From NCBI GenBank assembly GCA_010015585.1, contig ML975165.1: 64,000 nucleotides of DNA; one strand, written 5' to 3'. The DNA is from Eremomyces bilateralis CBS 781.70. Its lineage: Eukaryota. The first letter of the stretch is position 1. Each line of letters begins with the position of its first letter. Made by a program: the position numbers and the translations under genes. This document shows, piece after piece, positions 1 through 14,884 of the stretch. A model generated the notes under the pieces. The model saw only the letters and a program-made list of their open reading frames with translations, ran no database searches and was not told the origin of the DNA.

Positions 1-443
1 AGGAGTTCGCTCCGTCCAGCAAATATACCAACAGCACCGACATCCCCCTCGTCATCTGCGGCGACTTCAACTCCGAGCCCACATCCGCCGTCTATGATCT
101 CGTGGCGCGCGGCTCCCTCCCCGCGCACCACGACGACCTCGACGGACGCGACTACGGGCCCTTCTCGACGGCCGGCATGTCGCATCCACTCACCCTAAAA
201 TCCGCATACGGCGCCGTCGGCGAGTTGCCGTTCACGAACTACACGCCGGACTACCAAGGGGTGCTCGACTATATCTGGTACAGCAGCAACACGGTGCGGG
301 TGAAGGGGCTGCTGGGCGAGGTGGATCGGGAGTATCTGAGGAAGGTGCCCGGGTTTCCAGACTGGAACTTTCCTAGCGATCATTTGCCGTTGGTGGCGGA
401 GTTTGCGGTGACGCCGCGGCGGAAGGGCGCGGGGAAGATGTAG
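1..443 (+). CDS. CCR4: CCR4 deadenylase, C-terminal EEP domain (5'-truncated by window)
   Basis: ICGDFNS at the window start, FTNYTPDYQGVLDYIWYS, and terminal FPSDH motif typical of fungal Ccr4. Confidence 0.9.
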   Translation, partial: EFAPSSKYTNSTDIPLVICGDFNSEPTSAVYDLVARGSLPAHHDDLDGRDYGPFSTAGMSHPLTLKSAYGAVGELPFTNYTPDYQGVLDYIWYSSNTVRVKGLLGEVDREYLRKVPGFPDWNFPSDHLPLVAEFAVTPRRKGAGKM

Positions 444-850
444 TGAGCGGGCGTAGGGTGCTTTCTTGCCCTCCTTTGGGATTGTTTTGTCATTTAGCTG
501 TGCCTGAGTGCGGTCGTTTGGGGTTTGGGGTTTGAACTTGATGAAGGGACTTATGTATGGATTAGCGTTTCTTTCCTATGACTCAGATATTGTATCACAA
601 CCGCGTTTCTTGATAGAATGCAATGTATATGCTCTACAAGCTCGTTAATTCTTTGTATTTGGTAGGAGAACGAAGTTTGGTAATATCTGCATACGCCCTG
701 TCGCTTCAAGCCTGGAGTTCACGCGCGAATGCACAATATTTAGCATATACCATTCGCCTTTTCAAACTATAACCCCTATCACGCAACTACAATCCGGCCC
801 ACATTATCTCCCCCATCTCCTTTCAGCATCTTCAAAACAATCCAAAATCC

Positions 851-3386
851 CTATGCCCCAGCCTCCGCCCCAGTCTCCTTCCCCTTCCCCCTGCTAGCCA
901 CACCCTGCGCGTTCGCGGACGAATAGTGCCTCGCCATCGCCTTCTCCCTCCTCGCCTTCTCCGCAACATGTCGTTCCCTCGCGCGATCCATCGCACTCTT
1001 CGGCTTCCCCTGCCCTGCCTGCGCACCGGCGGGCCCCTTCGCAAACTTCGCGTCACGCTGCCCATGCCCCGACGCACCAGGTGCACGCTGCGGCCACTGT
1101 TGCTCCTCCTTCCCTACCTCCGCACCACTCTTCCGCTCACCGCCATCCGGCCACCCAACAAACCCAACCGCCTCGACCTCTTCCTTCATCCGCCTAGTCC
1201 ACTCTCTTCTGTCCCGCTTATACAGCTCCATCTTCCAGTTCTTCCACACCCACCGCCCGATCCGATGGCCGCGGAACTGTTCCTCGGCCTCCACGAGCTC
1301 CTCGGCGACGCGGTCACGCATGAACGCGAGGCCGGCAGTCCCGGTCCAGATGGCGTCGACGACGCGGCTGGCGGAGGGGTCGAGGGCCATGGGGGCGAGG
1401 TGGCCGTAAAAGGTGGCGATGAGCTTGCGGCGGGTGACGACGGACGCGTGGGGAACGGTGAGGGCGGAGACGAGGAGGGGGGAGAAGTAGGGGGAGTAGG
1501 CGAGAGAGAGGGTGGAAGGAGGGGGGAGGGTGGAGAGAGAGGTGAGGAGGAGGGTGCTGAGGGGGGAGGGGTGGGAGGTGATGGTTTGGGAGAGTTTCGA
1601 GACGTGGGGGTGCGGCTTTGGGGTGTCGGGTGGTGGACCGAAGTTGGTTGGGTTGGCGGCATCGGTGGAGGTTGGGTCGGAGGGTAGGTCAGAGAGGTGG
1701 AGGAATTGGGCGATGTCGAAGCTATCGTTTTCGGCATGGTAGATTGATTGGAGTTCCGAGGCGATGGGGCCCGTGTCTACTTCTCGAGCATAGCATCGTT
1801 CGATGAGGGTTCCCACGACTTGGTAACGATTCCGTCGAAACAAGTCGCCCATGGCTGGAACGATTTCGTTTCGGGCCTCCTCGAGGTCGTTCTTCCCGAA
1901 CCGTTCTAGGACGCGAGACACGACATACATCGCGACTTCGTTCCGTGCTAGTGTCGCTAGCTTTCCCTGGAACAAATCCCTGGAGATGGCTTTGAATGCT
2001 TTGCTCGGCGCATGGGTAATGATGGTTTCCAGCAGCCGTGCGCCGACTGTCTCGTACATCAGCCCATTGATAAATTGTCCGCTGCCGCTTTCTGGTGTCA
2101 TGGGGTCGTCAGGCAGTAGGCGGTAAATAATGGACGCCGAATCCTTGGCGACATTCTTCCCGAAGTTGGTCAATTCAATTTTGAGCAATAATTGAAGCGT
2201 CGGGTTCGCAACGGGATGTGTCGCAAGCGCTCGCAGCGCATTGGTGTCAAGCTGCTCGACCATGCCATACATCAGCTCCTCCATTGCCTTTTTGAACTCT
2301 TTGGACACTTCACGGGGAGCCAAGAGTTCGTCATTCTTCTGATTCTCCAATCCGTAGACCACGTTGTTCTCCTTCTTCTTGCTACGGATGAGCGACCTCG
2401 ATGTGGACGGATTGACTGATGGGGATGCGTCGGATAGAGGTGATCCAGAAAGCACTAATAGTAGTACTCGGAGTGCATGCGACGCAAATCGATGAGACAT
2501 GAAGAACCCGACATGTGGGCGCAATTCTGCCGCGGTATTGAGAAAGTACGTTCCCATGGATACGAATTTGTCGCCGCTAGGATCCATATCAATCTCGACT
2601 TCCGTTGACTTGGCGTCACCGACGGGGACATGCAGCTCTTGCGTTACCACAGTAGCGGCATGGATGAAAAGGGCCTCGCAACAATGAGATGCGAAGCGAT
2701 GTCGGACCAGGTGTGAGAAACTGAAATTTGAAACAAGAACGATTAGCTTGAGACTCCATATTTTGACGCCAGCTGTGGTTCAGCGACTTTGGCAAGGACA
2801 GGGCAGACCAAATCATGGTAAGAACGAAATGGAGGAATACATACTTTCCACTGAACGCTCGAAACAAGGCTTTCAACTGATCCGAACTTGACAGCAAGAT
2901 CATACGCTCCAACAGCCGGGAAACACCCTGGCTTGACGCAATCTTGATTTCCTTCCCTTTGGCTTCACGAAAGACATTGGTCAGGAACACTGCTCGCTCT
3001 TCGGGATCGGCAAATGTGTTGGCCTCAAGCTGCTCATCCGCGCTCTTGAAGTATGCCTGTTCAGATTCGTCTAATAGGCCATAGAAGGGCATGGCACCAA
3101 GGTCTGCTGGAACTCCAGATTCTTCTAAAGCATCTCCAGTCAGGTCCACGCGCATGAAGTCTTGTCCCATATCGTCCTTGATGGGAGCATTGTGCTTTTC
3201 AGGGTCGTATTTATGCTTTTCGGGGGCATTTTTCTTTTCACGGTCGGGTTTATGTCGTTTAACAGCCGGAACGTATTCCTGGACTTCTTGTGTGGAAAAT
3301 TCTTCTTGCTGCAGCTCGGATTCTTCTTCGAGCTTCCTCTTTTTGTTCTCGGCGCGACGGCCACGCTTCTTGTTTTCGCGAGGCAT
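851..3386 (-). CDS. NOP9: Nucleolar protein 9 (Pumilio-like repeat rRNA processing factor), 2 exons
   Basis: MPRENKKRGRR start, FYGLLDESEQAYF, ASSQGVSRLLERMI, HRFASHCCE; intron about 2721-2844 (GTATGT...CAG). Confidence 0.88.
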
Positions 3387-4580
3387 GATGGATATGCGGA
3401 GGGAGTCGAGTGTGGATCCAACAGCTAAAGAAAGACAAGAAGAGTAGAGAGGGTCGTGGAAAATCTGCGCAGCAGTATCAGAAGAGGAAGAAGTGTTTTG
3501 AACAGTCTGACAATCTCCGCACTTCGTATATCAGATGTTGACAGGGATCGGGAATACGAAAGTGTCTAGCAGGAACAGCTGAAGACCATAAATGTTATAT
3601 AACGGCGATACAGCAGTGTTTAAAATCGTAGTTGATTGGAGACACAGCAGCCAGAGCACGCTACGCCAGCGGCAATATTGCAATAATTCACTTCGACCTC
3701 GTCGTCGCAGCACGAATGGATCAGGCAATGGAGCTTGAACGGTGCAGCGATGTCAAATGATATACGACCGAAGATGGAACCAACCGCAAGAACAAGGTTA
3801 GGAGATTGGTTGTTCTACGCGTGGTGCGTTGTATAGTGTACGGAAGGTGTTTCACCAAATGTTCATTGATATCGTGAAGGAAAATTTTAGCGGGCCGATC
3901 TGAGGAGTGGAGCAGGGATGTCATCGATCAGTTCGAATGCAACCAGCAGTTCAACAGTTGAGGTTTCACTCCTTTTCGGCTGCAGGCGGGTGGCATCCGT
4001 ATCTAGAAATAATCCCAAAATCCCAAGTTACTCTACAGTGTATAACCAAAGTTCAAAGTGTTAAGCTGCCGCCCTTGTAGAGTATCAAGATGTTGGATAT
4101 TCACCTTGGAAGTTGGAACGCGTCGCGGTATCTTCCAGCCCTCTGATTGGCTGGATGTCCTGAAGCGACCTCACCTCATGCTCCTACTGTAACTACAAGG
4201 AGAAAGATCAGATGTATCCTAAACCTCCAAGACTCAATAATTCCTCTGTCTTTCCTTCAGACTAAAATATAGTGGCAGAAGTGGTCTAGGATCGTGGTGT
4301 TCATTGTCTTGATTTCTTTTATTGCGTGTCGTGCTACTGTCATCTATCGACAGGTTTCTTGCTGTGGGGCAGATATCGTGTCCACTTCGCCTGATTCATT
4401 GCAACATTGAGCCACTCCAAGGCCATTCAATTTGGTTAAAGTTACTGGGCAAAGCCATCTTATTCTCTCCCCAAAGGACTGCACTAGCGATATATCCGAA
4501 AACCAACCATCGACGGTATTGGGCTCCTGCGTCATTCGCTGAACACGCCAGCGGCGGCATCTACTACTCACCCTTCCGCC

Positions 4581-7500
4581 ATGCCATCCACTGTCCAGTC
4601 CTCCATCCCATCATTCCCACGCGAGAATACGGATGACCGGACCTCTCGTGTAGCGGACTATGTGGATGACAAGCTGCAAACTTTAGCCGATTTGGAAGAT
4701 CTAGATGCGCTGCTCTCAAATGTCCGCCAACAGCATGAGCTGCTCAAGCAACAGGTATGTCATCCGATCTGGTCATGGCCTCTTTAGTACGATATTCTAT
4801 AAACCCATTGAAGAGTTGTCTCTCCATTTGCGGTTACTAGCGCTGCCACTATATCTTGACCATACCTCGTCTGGGAATGGCATTATTCCATCTCTGCGTC
4901 TCCAAGCCCTTAGATCCATCTACGGGCAACATCGGCGTCTCTGCTAACTCTCGATTCAGCTCGTTTCCGCCGAATCAAGCCTCCAAGAGACCCAATCGGC
5001 CTCCCAGAGTGGCTCCGATGATCTGATCCATCGCGGGGCGAACCTCACCGCCCGGCTTGGCAAGCTGGATCAGGACCTCCTCACTGTGACGGGTTCATCG
5101 GTTAGCGACGATGCCATGCAAAAGTTTGAGAATAGCATGGGCAAGTTACGGCAACTTGACATAGCCGATGGATATTTCCGACTGCTGAAAGACGTAGATG
5201 AACTGAGGTGAGTCCGGGATCATTCTGGAGATATTCACGCGATCCGCTCCCCGTTGTCTTCAACGCCTCGCGTACATGGACGAATGAACGGAAAATCTGA
5301 CTATGGTTATAGTTCGCAATGCCCGAAAGAACTTGAGAAGTCTCACCGGTCTGCACTCGACACTTTCCGCCGTCTGCAAACTCTCAACGCAGCTCTTGGG
5401 CCTCTGCAAGTGGACGCAGAAGGCGCCGCGCCACACCTGCTCGATCATGTTGCGGACATCACCAGCTCAGTGCGTGGGACGATAAAGGAAACGCTTGCCA
5501 AAGAACTCCGCAGTATCCTGTCTGAGTGTGGCTGGCCGAGCAAGGAAGCCATGGTTCCAAATAATCTGCGCGACCAGTTCGACGAGTCCGTGCGGAAACT
5601 ATTGGATCTTCAGCTTCCTGAGCTAGGGAGCGAAGATGGGATGTCGAGAAGCATGGCAGCGAGCATGCAAAGAGGCAAAGGGAAGCAGGCAGCGGTGTTG
5701 CTGCCGATCGAGGTCCTGGCCGCCCCGCTTGAATTGCGTTTCCGGTACCACTTTACGACGGGACGTGCAACGGATAGAATTGACCAGCCGCAAATGTTCC
5801 TATCCGCAGTTTTGGACATGCTGAGCACGCACGAGACATTTGTGATGGAGCATGTGCAGCCGATCTTATCCGCATACTTCGGTGAGCTTTCCACCAAGAA
5901 CAACACGTTACTCAAAACATATGGCGATGCGATCTCGGCGTTCATAACCACCCTCTTACCCATGGTGAGAAAGAAAGTCAACGGAATGCTACCAGGCATC
6001 GACAAGGCTCCCCCTCAGCTGCTGAGTCACCTTGTCGACGAGCTTTTGACGTTCGACACTGCGCTCAGGGATGACTGGCAATATGACGAACCCGGGAACG
6101 GAAATGCCAATGAAAACGGGTGGTGCGGATTGGCTTGGGAATTGTTGGTGCTCAAAGGCTATTTCCCGAAATGGTTACAGATTGAGAATGATTTCGCTCT
6201 TGCGAGATACGAGGAGATTGTCAATACCTCAGGAAGTTTCGAAATCGATTACGAGGGGGTGGACGCGAACGCTACAAAGCCAACCAAGGCAGCAATCCGA
6301 TTACATGACCTCCTGGAGAACACCACAGGTAAGAAACCATCTATATCACATCTACAACAGCTCTAACCCCTTCTTAGACAGGTACAGCCGCCTCCCCTCT
6401 TTCTCCCACCGTCTCCGCTTCCTCATCGACATTCAAATCCAAATGCTCGACCTCTTCCACAGCCGGCTCCACTCCTCTCTCGAAGCCTACCTCTCCATGA
6501 CCTCCGGTGTCCTCGGCCGCAGCGTCCAAGGCATCAGCCGAGAAGAGCAAGCCCACCTTATGGGCCTCGGCGGCCTCGACCGCCTATGCCGCGTATACGG
6601 GTCTGCTTCCTTCCTCGAGGCCGCGATGCGTGATTGGAGCGACGAGCCGCTTTTCCTAGACATGTACCGCACGTTACAAGAGCGCGTCCGCGGCCGCGCC
6701 CCCTCGCCCTCGCCCCTTGCGAACGACACTAACGACAATGACGAGCCGAATCCGACCGCCGAGACCGACGCCGCCATGACCTCCAGTAACCCCGCAATCG
6801 CAGGTACCATGACCGCCTCCGACATCGCCGCCCGCACCTCTACCGCCGTACTCGCCGCCGCAGACGACGACCTCGCCCCCAGCACCGCCCCCCAGTCCCC
6901 CACCGCCTCCGTCTTCGACGAGACCGCCGGCGCCTATAACCGCCTGTGCGCCCGCACCGAGGGCATCCTCACCGACGCGGTGCTGCGGAACGTGCGGGAG
7001 GCACTGACCCCTTACCTCCGGACCGCGGGGGCGTCGTTCGCGTCGTTGTCGAGCAGTGGCGCCGTTTCGGGTCCGGCTCATTCACCGGCGGGGTTCGATC
7101 GGAATAGCCCCGGGTCCCCCGACGTGCAGCCCGTTCTCGCGGCCATTCGCTCGCAGCTTGGGTTCCTTGCGAGAGGGCTGGCGCCCGGTCCGGTGAGGCG
7201 GATCGCGAGGCGGGTGGTGGCGACGGTGGACACGGCGATGTGGAGTGCGTTGGTGGGATGGCGGATCAGTGGGGGAGGGGCGGCGGTGTTGATGGGAGAT
7301 ATTGGGGCGTTAGCGGGGACGATGGAAGGGCGGGGAGCTGGGGGGGTGGCGGGGACGGTGTTGAAGGGGGTGAGTGTGGAGTTGTTTTTGGAGGGGAAGA
7401 GTGGGGAGGCGGCGAGGGTGTTGGGTGTGAGGGTCAAGGGACGGGGGCTGATGGAGGGGGAGAAGGAGGAGGAGGAGAGGAAGGGATGGAAGGGGGAAGA

Positions 7501-7642
7501 GTTGGGGCTGTGGGAGGTGGAGAGGAGGTTGTTTGCGGATAATGAGAGTGCCAGAAGGGTGTTGGAGGAGATGGAGATTGTGAAGTTGAGCGTGGCTCAG
7601 GCAAGGCAGGCGTTGAGGTGTCGAGTGGAATTGGGTAGTTGA
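4581..7642 (+). CDS. TIP20: RINT1/Tip20 family Dsl1 tethering complex subunit, about 4 exons
   Basis: RVADYVDDKLQT N-terminus, LELRFRYHF, RLRFLIDIQI, GLDRLCRVYGS; introns about 4754-4959, 5208-5271 and 6329-6381. Confidence 0.85.
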
Positions 7643-7994
7643 TGGAATTGATCCTTATGATCTATTAAATTCTTACTAATATATGCAATTGTTTATATCT
7701 CCAATTTCGATATCAATGCCTCGTACCTGTATTTATGTAGACGTCACTGTCGATGCCCCTCTCGCTGATTGGTGGGGAGGGGGGAAGCTCCTCTGTGAAT
7801 TTCCATCGTCACTCAGTGTGTTGATCCCGAAATCCAGTAAAGAACAAATATAGCCGTGATTTTGGCTCGCTTGAAGTTCAACTGCTTTATGTGCGTTAGT
7901 GCTTTTCACCTTCTGCTGCCCAAATCTTAGAGACCGTTCATATTCTTATGGATGTCCGCGAACCAGCCGACCATCAACATTCTGAGGAGGAAGC

Positions 7995-10900
7995 ATGTCG
8001 TCCATCAAAGCTGCGCTGAAGGCAGCTAAAGGTGCCCTAGATGCTCAACAATATGATGAGGCCATTGAGAAAGCAAACGAGGTGCTCAAGTCCGATGGCA
8101 AGAACTATTTTGCGTATGTGTCAACCTGTGGCCTACCCTACTTAAAGACTCTGAGCTAAAATCCTCTCAAGGCGACTGTTCCTCGGACGCGCTCTCGACC
8201 GAAAAGGTCAGAAGCAGGAAGCCGCTCAAGCATATCAGGCTGCCGCGAAGCTCAAACCCGACGATGACCAAGCGTGGATTGGTTTACGGAGTGTTTATGA
8301 GACACAAGGGCCGAATAAACTGAAGGAGTACATCTCGGTAACCAGGAAGCTTACCGAGATATATGCCAATTCGTAAGGAACTGAGGTGTCTTTGAGACGG
8401 ATAGATCTGACAATGGAGCGATAGGGATGATAAAGACCGCTGTTTCGCTGCACTCGACAAGGTCATCCAATTCGCGAAGAATCATGGAAGCAAGCTCCAA
8501 TACGCGGCGGCGCTGGAGCTGCAACTTCCGGATTCGCCCGCGTACGATTGCCTCGAAGGACGGATACCGCGACCAGCCTATACGTACATCACGATCGCCG
8601 ATGTACTCGAGGCGGAGGAGAAGTCACGAATCAACCGCGAGATCGGCGAACGAAGAACTAGAATCGGTGCCCGCATCGCACAAGTCACCGTGGAAGTCAA
8701 ACTCGAAGTGCTTGGGACCAGCAAGCTGGAGGAGATTTACCAGAACATCATCGATTGGACAAGCGACGACGAGACACGGCGACAATACGAAGAAAGGCTG
8801 CTTCAACGAGCGGTCGAGGTTCTCGAGGTGCTGCCGCCACAGGAAAAAGGCACAAAGTTGGTGCAGGTACAGAAGCTGGCGCATGATATGGTGATCATCG
8901 AGCATCCGTTCGAGCCAGCTTGGAATATCGAGATCGAGTGGCAGGACGGCGACAGCCTAGCTGAATGGGACCAATTGACACTGCGCCAGTACATTGCGTT
9001 CTTCCCGGATAGTGGACTCTCCAAGGTGCTCAACGGTTTCTTGGAGTCCGAAATCAGCCCGTTTCCAGCCAAGGCCGCCGAAAAGAAGGAGGATACTGCA
9101 GATACTGAAGCTGAAGAAGAGACGCTCGCACCTGAAGATAGGCTGGTTATGATGATGGACGGACTTACGGAAGCCAAGCACTCGGCACTCGCGCACAGGA
9201 TCATGGCGACTTTCTACTCACATTTAGAAGAGCACCAACTGGCCGTGGATATCGCCAGAGACGGAATTTCACTCACACAAGCCATCGCTGACGGGTGTGG
9301 GCTGTCAGTGCAGAAGAACTTGGACGATTTACGATGCATCCTTGCGTATGCTTTTGTCCATTACCAATCCCCGAGGAACCACCCACAAGCCAAAGCCATC
9401 TTCCACGAGATCCTAAGACGACGGCAAGATCTCACTCCCGCCCTTCTCGGCATTGGTCTCATCCTACAAGAAGAGCAGGACTATACCTCCGCAATCTCCT
9501 TCCTCGCCAAAGCTCACGAACGGGATCCCTACAACGCCCAGATCTTCAGCGAACTCGCCTGGTCCAAAGCCCTCAACGGCGACTACCAATCCGCCCTCCC
9601 CGATCTCCTACAAGCTCTCTCCGCCCTCTCCCCCACCGAACCCCGCCTTCGCGACCTCCGCGCCCAAATCCTCCACCGCATCGGCGCCTGCCAATGGGAA
9701 CTCAACCCCACCCGCCTCGCCCGCAAAGACCGCTCCGGCGCCTACACAAACTTCCTCGCCTCCATCAAAGCGAACATCAACCACGCCCCTCCCTACACCG
9801 CCCTCGGCATCTACTACGCCGACTACGCCCGCGACCGCAAGCGCGCCCGCCAATGCTTCCAGAAGGCCTTCGAGCTATCCGCCGCTGAAACGTTAGCGGC
9901 GGAGCGCCTCGCGAAGGACTACGCCGATCTGCGCGACTGGGACGTCGTCGAGATGATCGCGCGGCGGGTCATCGACTCGGGCTACGCGAAGCCGGCGCCA
10001 GGGTCGCGGCGGAAGGGGCTCAGCTGGCCATTCGCAGCGCTCGGGGTGGTGCAGATCAACCGGGCGGATTACCCCGGTGCGATTGTGAGCTTCCTTGCGT
10101 CCGTGCGGATCGACCCAGGCGAGTATCATTCGTATGTGGGGTTGGGTGAGGCGTATCATAACTCGGGGAGGTATAACTCGGCGGCGCGGACGTTGCGGTA
10201 TGCGGAAAGTCCGGATGATGGGGTCGAGATGCGAAAGCCGGAGGAGACGTGGTTCGCGGAGTATATGTTGGCGAATGTGAATCGGGAGTTGGGGTTGTTC
10301 GATGAGGCGATTGAGATGTATGAGGCGGTATTGAAGGGACGGCCGGAAGAGTTTGGGATTCAGATTGCATTGCTGCAGACGCTTGTTGACCGAGCTTGGA
10401 GGAATATTGAGGTTGGTTTCTTTGGACGCGCGTTTGATAGCGCCGTTGGAGCTTTGGCTGTCGCAGCGAGGATTGCGAAAACGAAACCGGATGCCTTCAA
10501 TCTCTGGAAATCGGTTGGGGATGCTTGCTCAGTCTTTACCTACACTCAGGCGCGATTGTCTGAAGTGCCGTTTGAGAACATCATCGCGTTGCTCAAGAAA
10601 GGCGTTGAAGTGAGCCAGTACGAGTTCTTTGCGGACGTTGACGGAGTTGATGGCTCGTGCCTTGAAATGCCGAAAGAAGAGGACGGAGTTTCGATTACCA
10701 TCATTCAATTGAGACGATGCGTCGAAGCTGCGATACTTGCACAGAAACGCGGTATCATGCACACATTGCAAGACATTCACGCGCAAGCGGTCGCCTGGTA
10801 CAATCTAGGGTGGACGGAGTACCGAGCACATACGTTGCTCGAGCGATATTCTTCTGCTGAACCCCGCCTGAAGAAATCACTCCGTGCCGCCATGCGCTGC

Positions 10901-12391
10901 TTCAAGCGTGCCATCGAGCTCGAAGCCTCCAACTCGGAGTTCTGGTGTTCCCTAGGAGTCGTGACCACGACATTGAACGCCAAAGTCGCGCAGCACGCCC
11001 TTGTCCGATCGATCAACATCAACGAGCGCAATGTCCGAGCCTGGACGAACCTGGGGGCTTTGTACCTTATCCATAAGGACTATGAACTCGCCCATCAGGC
11101 GTTCACTCGTGCTCAGAGCACCGATCCGGACTACGCAAATGCCTGGGTGGGAGAGGGCATTTTGGCTGGCCTTTGTGGCGATAGGAAGGAGGCCTTACAG
11201 CATTTCACCCACGCGTTCGAACTCGCGGAGTCGTCATCGAAGCTCACGAAGGAGATGTTCTCGGTCACCAGCTTCGATGCGGTTGTTGACGAAGCGCATA
11301 AGAGCGTACAACCCAACGCCACGCAAGACGTCGTTCGCCCGCTGTTTGCGCTGCGCCAGCTAGGCCTCCAAGTCGCGGACGACGCTGTCTTCTCCCACCT
11401 CCGCACCCTCTACCTCGAACGCGTCCAAGACCACGAGCACGCAGCCCTAGACCTCGACATCCTCTCTTCCCGCTTCGAGGAAGAATACGAGGCCACCGAA
11501 TCCACACAATCCATGCTCCGTTTCGCCCAAGCGAAAGCGGACGCAGCCCGCAACAAGCTCGCGCTGAGGGACTTTGAATCCGCGATTGACGACGCCGATC
11601 TCGCCACGCAGCTCGCGGAAGGAGACGAGGAAGACGAAGACGAATCCTCGAAAGGAACAGAAACCGCCAAAGACATGCAGCGCATCCGCCTCTCTGCCCG
11701 CCTCACCCAAGGTCTTGCCCGCTACTATCAATCCGACATGGACGGTGCTCTCGCCGCCTTCCGCGCCGCGCTGCACGACAGCGCCAGCTCCCCAGACGTC
11801 GTGTGCCTCCTCGCGGAGGTGCTCTGGGCAAAAGGCGGCCCAGGCAGCGACGAGCGCACGGTGGCGAAGGAGCAGCTGTTCGCGGCGATCGAGCGGGTGC
11901 CGGAGCACGTCGGCACGGTGGTGCGGCTGGGGGTGATGGCGGCGATCGAGGCGGATGAGGCGGCAGCGGAGGCGGTGCAGGTGGAGTTGCTGGGAATGCG
12001 GATGCGGGAGGACTTGGACGAGGGGACGCGGGCGAGGGTGGAGCGGGTGTTGGATGCGTTGGTGGAATTAGTGGGTGGTGGGGAGGCGGGGGCGGAGCGG
12101 AGGAGCGCGGTGTTGACGAGCGTGATGATTTCGCCGGGGATGCCGCATGGGTGGATGGAGGTGGCAGAGTTGGGGGAGGAGGCGGGGATGGAGGGAGAGA
12201 CGCGGTTCGCGAGGGAGATGGCGGTCACGACGGCGTGGAGGGCGGTGCCGCCGAGGGGGACGCTGGGGCCGGAGGAGTTGGCGAGGGCGCTGGCGGATGA
12301 AGGGACGGTGGCGAGTGCGCAGAGGGCGGTGATGGCGGCGCCGTGGGATGTCGCGGGATGGACGGCGCTGAGTCGGAGGGTTGTCGCATGA
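7995..12391 (+). CDS. SKI3: Superkiller complex TPR protein Ski3
   Basis: ATG at 7995 (MSSIKAALKAAK), introns about 8114-8171 and 8373-8424, long TPR-rich ORF containing ARQCFQKAFEL and GEAYHNSGRY. Confidence 0.88.
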
Positions 12392-12706
12392 GATCGCTAC
12401 TACGGACGACGGACTACGATATATGATATGAAGCGCATCAACCACTGTAGGCATAGGATTGGACAGGCGATTAATTGTATATATGATGGGAAGAGTGGAA
12501 TGTCCGCCTGCTGGCATTAGATGATAACATGCTCTATGATCATTAACTGGAATAGAAGATTGCACATGACTCATCCTTTCCCTCTGAAGACCTGCCTGCC
12601 TTGACGGAGGGAACTGTTACTAGTAGAATTTCACGCGCTTCAAAGAACAAAACTACCTCACCTGGGCGAATTTGACGCTGGATATAACATCGTGCTAGCT
12701 GCAATG

Positions 12707-14884
12707 CTAACGACTCGTTGCTCGCCCCAGGGTGAACACCCCCACAACAATTACCGCCAGCGCAAGGGCCGCCCCTGGCACCAGCATATCATTAGGGACC
12801 CCCGCGACGAGTTGTTGTTCTTCTTGCGTGGCCTGAACCGCAGTTTGTTTCCCCTTCCGCTTCCTCTCCACGTACTCCTCTTCATCCTCGTCCGCATCCT
12901 CGCCGTCATATCTCCTGCTACGCTCCCTGATGGTCGTCGACGGTGGCGGCGTAACCTGTTTCGGCAGCGCCGGCTGCGGCTCCACCGTCGCAGGGATCGC
13001 CGGCGCAGACGGATCGTGCACGAACAAGTCGACCTTATCCAGACGACCTTGCCGAGCGAGCGTGATGGCTTCAAGTAGGTCGTGGTCCGTCGTGATGGAA
13101 ACGCTATCGCCTTCGTTATCGAGGTAGCTGAGCGCGAACCCGGAGGCGGACACGTGGCCGTCCTCGACTGTGGGAACGCCTCCGATGCCGTCGACTTCGC
13201 TGCCAAGTTTTTGGCCTACTTGCGAGATGAGCTCGGTCATTCCCGCGGATGCAATCACTTGCAAGCGGTGCATGCGCCCGCTGGGTGCCTTGAACTTGAA
13301 AGGGAAGGGAGAGTTCTCGAACGACGGGGACGCGGGGCCGGCGGCGGAATGGTCAGGCGATTCGGCGCCGTTGTGGGAGGCGGATTCGTGGGGCATAACG
13401 CTGTCGCCTCGGTCGACGCTGGGGCGGCTGAGATCGGGGGAGATGAGGGAGCGATGATCGGGGGTGTGGGGGGCACGGCTGCCGCCATCGCCGGACATCA
13501 TGGATTCGGTATCGGCGTCGAGGGAGAGCCAGAACTTGTTCCATGCGGGCCCTTCGGCGTCGCCGGCGGACATGCTGTTGATCTAGGATCATGTCAGTAG
13601 AGTGTCATGGATGGGTATCTTAAGACGGACCTGATCAAGTGTTGCATAAGTTAACTTCAGCACATCAACCATTCCGACGATTTCGCCGCTATCACCCATG
13701 ACCGGCAGGTTGAGGTAATGTCCATCTTAACAAAGTCAGCGAAATTCCACCCAAATTTCAAGGCGCCAAACACTCACCATGCATTTTCCTGAGAGCTGCT
13801 TGGATGCTCATGTCCATGGGAGCAAAATCCGGATGCGGTGTCATCACACGGACAACGCTACATGTTGATGGGTCAAGCCCAGCCGCAATCACTCGAAGGA
13901 CGACGTCCTTGCTAGTGAAGATTCCAGTAATCGACCCCTGATCTTGAACCAGAACGGCAGTTGTGTGATTCTCTTTCATCAGCATAGCCGCTTCCTTTAC
14001 CGACGTCCGGACCGACACCGTTGTTGGTGGCAATCCAGTCAAGACAGATTCAAGGGTCGGGCCAGACATCTTGCTCCGGATCGCCTCGACGTAGGAAATG
14101 ATCTGAGCAGGCTGACTAGATCCAAGCTCGGCCTGGACACCCTCTAGTGCATCATAGAGTTTCCTTGACGAACTGTATGCACGCTCCAATTTTTCCATGG
14201 CGTCGTAAAAGCATTTCGTGATATCCAAAATCCCTGAAATGTCGTGGTTTTCATCCATGACGGGGAGATGCCTAAAGCCTTTCCGCACCATCAGATCCAA
14301 GGCATCGGTGGCACTGGTGTCTGTCTTCGCGCAGAGTGGATTCTTGGTCATGATCTCTGCTATCGTGACATCGCGGGCATGGACGCCTGTTCCGACAACT
14401 CGAAAAGCCAGATCCTTGGCCGTAAAGATGCCGGCAATACGCTCGTCATCATCTGTGACGAGGACGCAGTCTTCCCTCTTCGCTGCCATCAATTGGGCCG
14501 CCTCGGCAACTGTGGTGTTCGGTTTGATTTGGAGAGCAGGACTCGGCTTCAACGAGAGAACGGAGCCAGGGGGAGCTTTTCGAGATTGCCGGACACGGGC
14601 AGTAGGGTTCTTTCGCTTGTTCATGTCGGTTTCGATGCGTCTTCGGATAGCCTGTTATTGCGTGAGCAACATTCGCCGACCACAGTCCATGTTATATAGC
14701 ACACCTCATCTTTCTTCGACTGCTTCGCTCTACTAGCACTGAGAGTCGACGTCCCGAGATCGCTGCCCCCCCCATAGCTACTTTGGGTCTCAGGAGCCGG
14801 ACGAGGGATGTTGGAGGGGCTGTTCGCGAACGGGACTTGCCCTCTCGCCTTAGGCGTCCCACGAAATGTTCCTGTAGCCGACAT
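12707..14884 (-). CDS. CBS-domain and PB1-domain protein with C-terminal transmembrane anchor (Mug70-like)
   Basis: Four CBS repeats (GIFTAKDLAFRV, FRHLPV), PB1 motif (FKFKAPSG...LSYLDNEGDSVSIT), hydrophobic C-terminus; several introns. Confidence 0.85.

Noticed and set aside
926..1737. Long Pro-, Gly- or Arg-rich alternative ORFs here and over TIP20, SKI3, PEX13 and the decarboxylase
   Set aside because: By-products of stop-poor C-rich and G-rich blocks overlapping real genes
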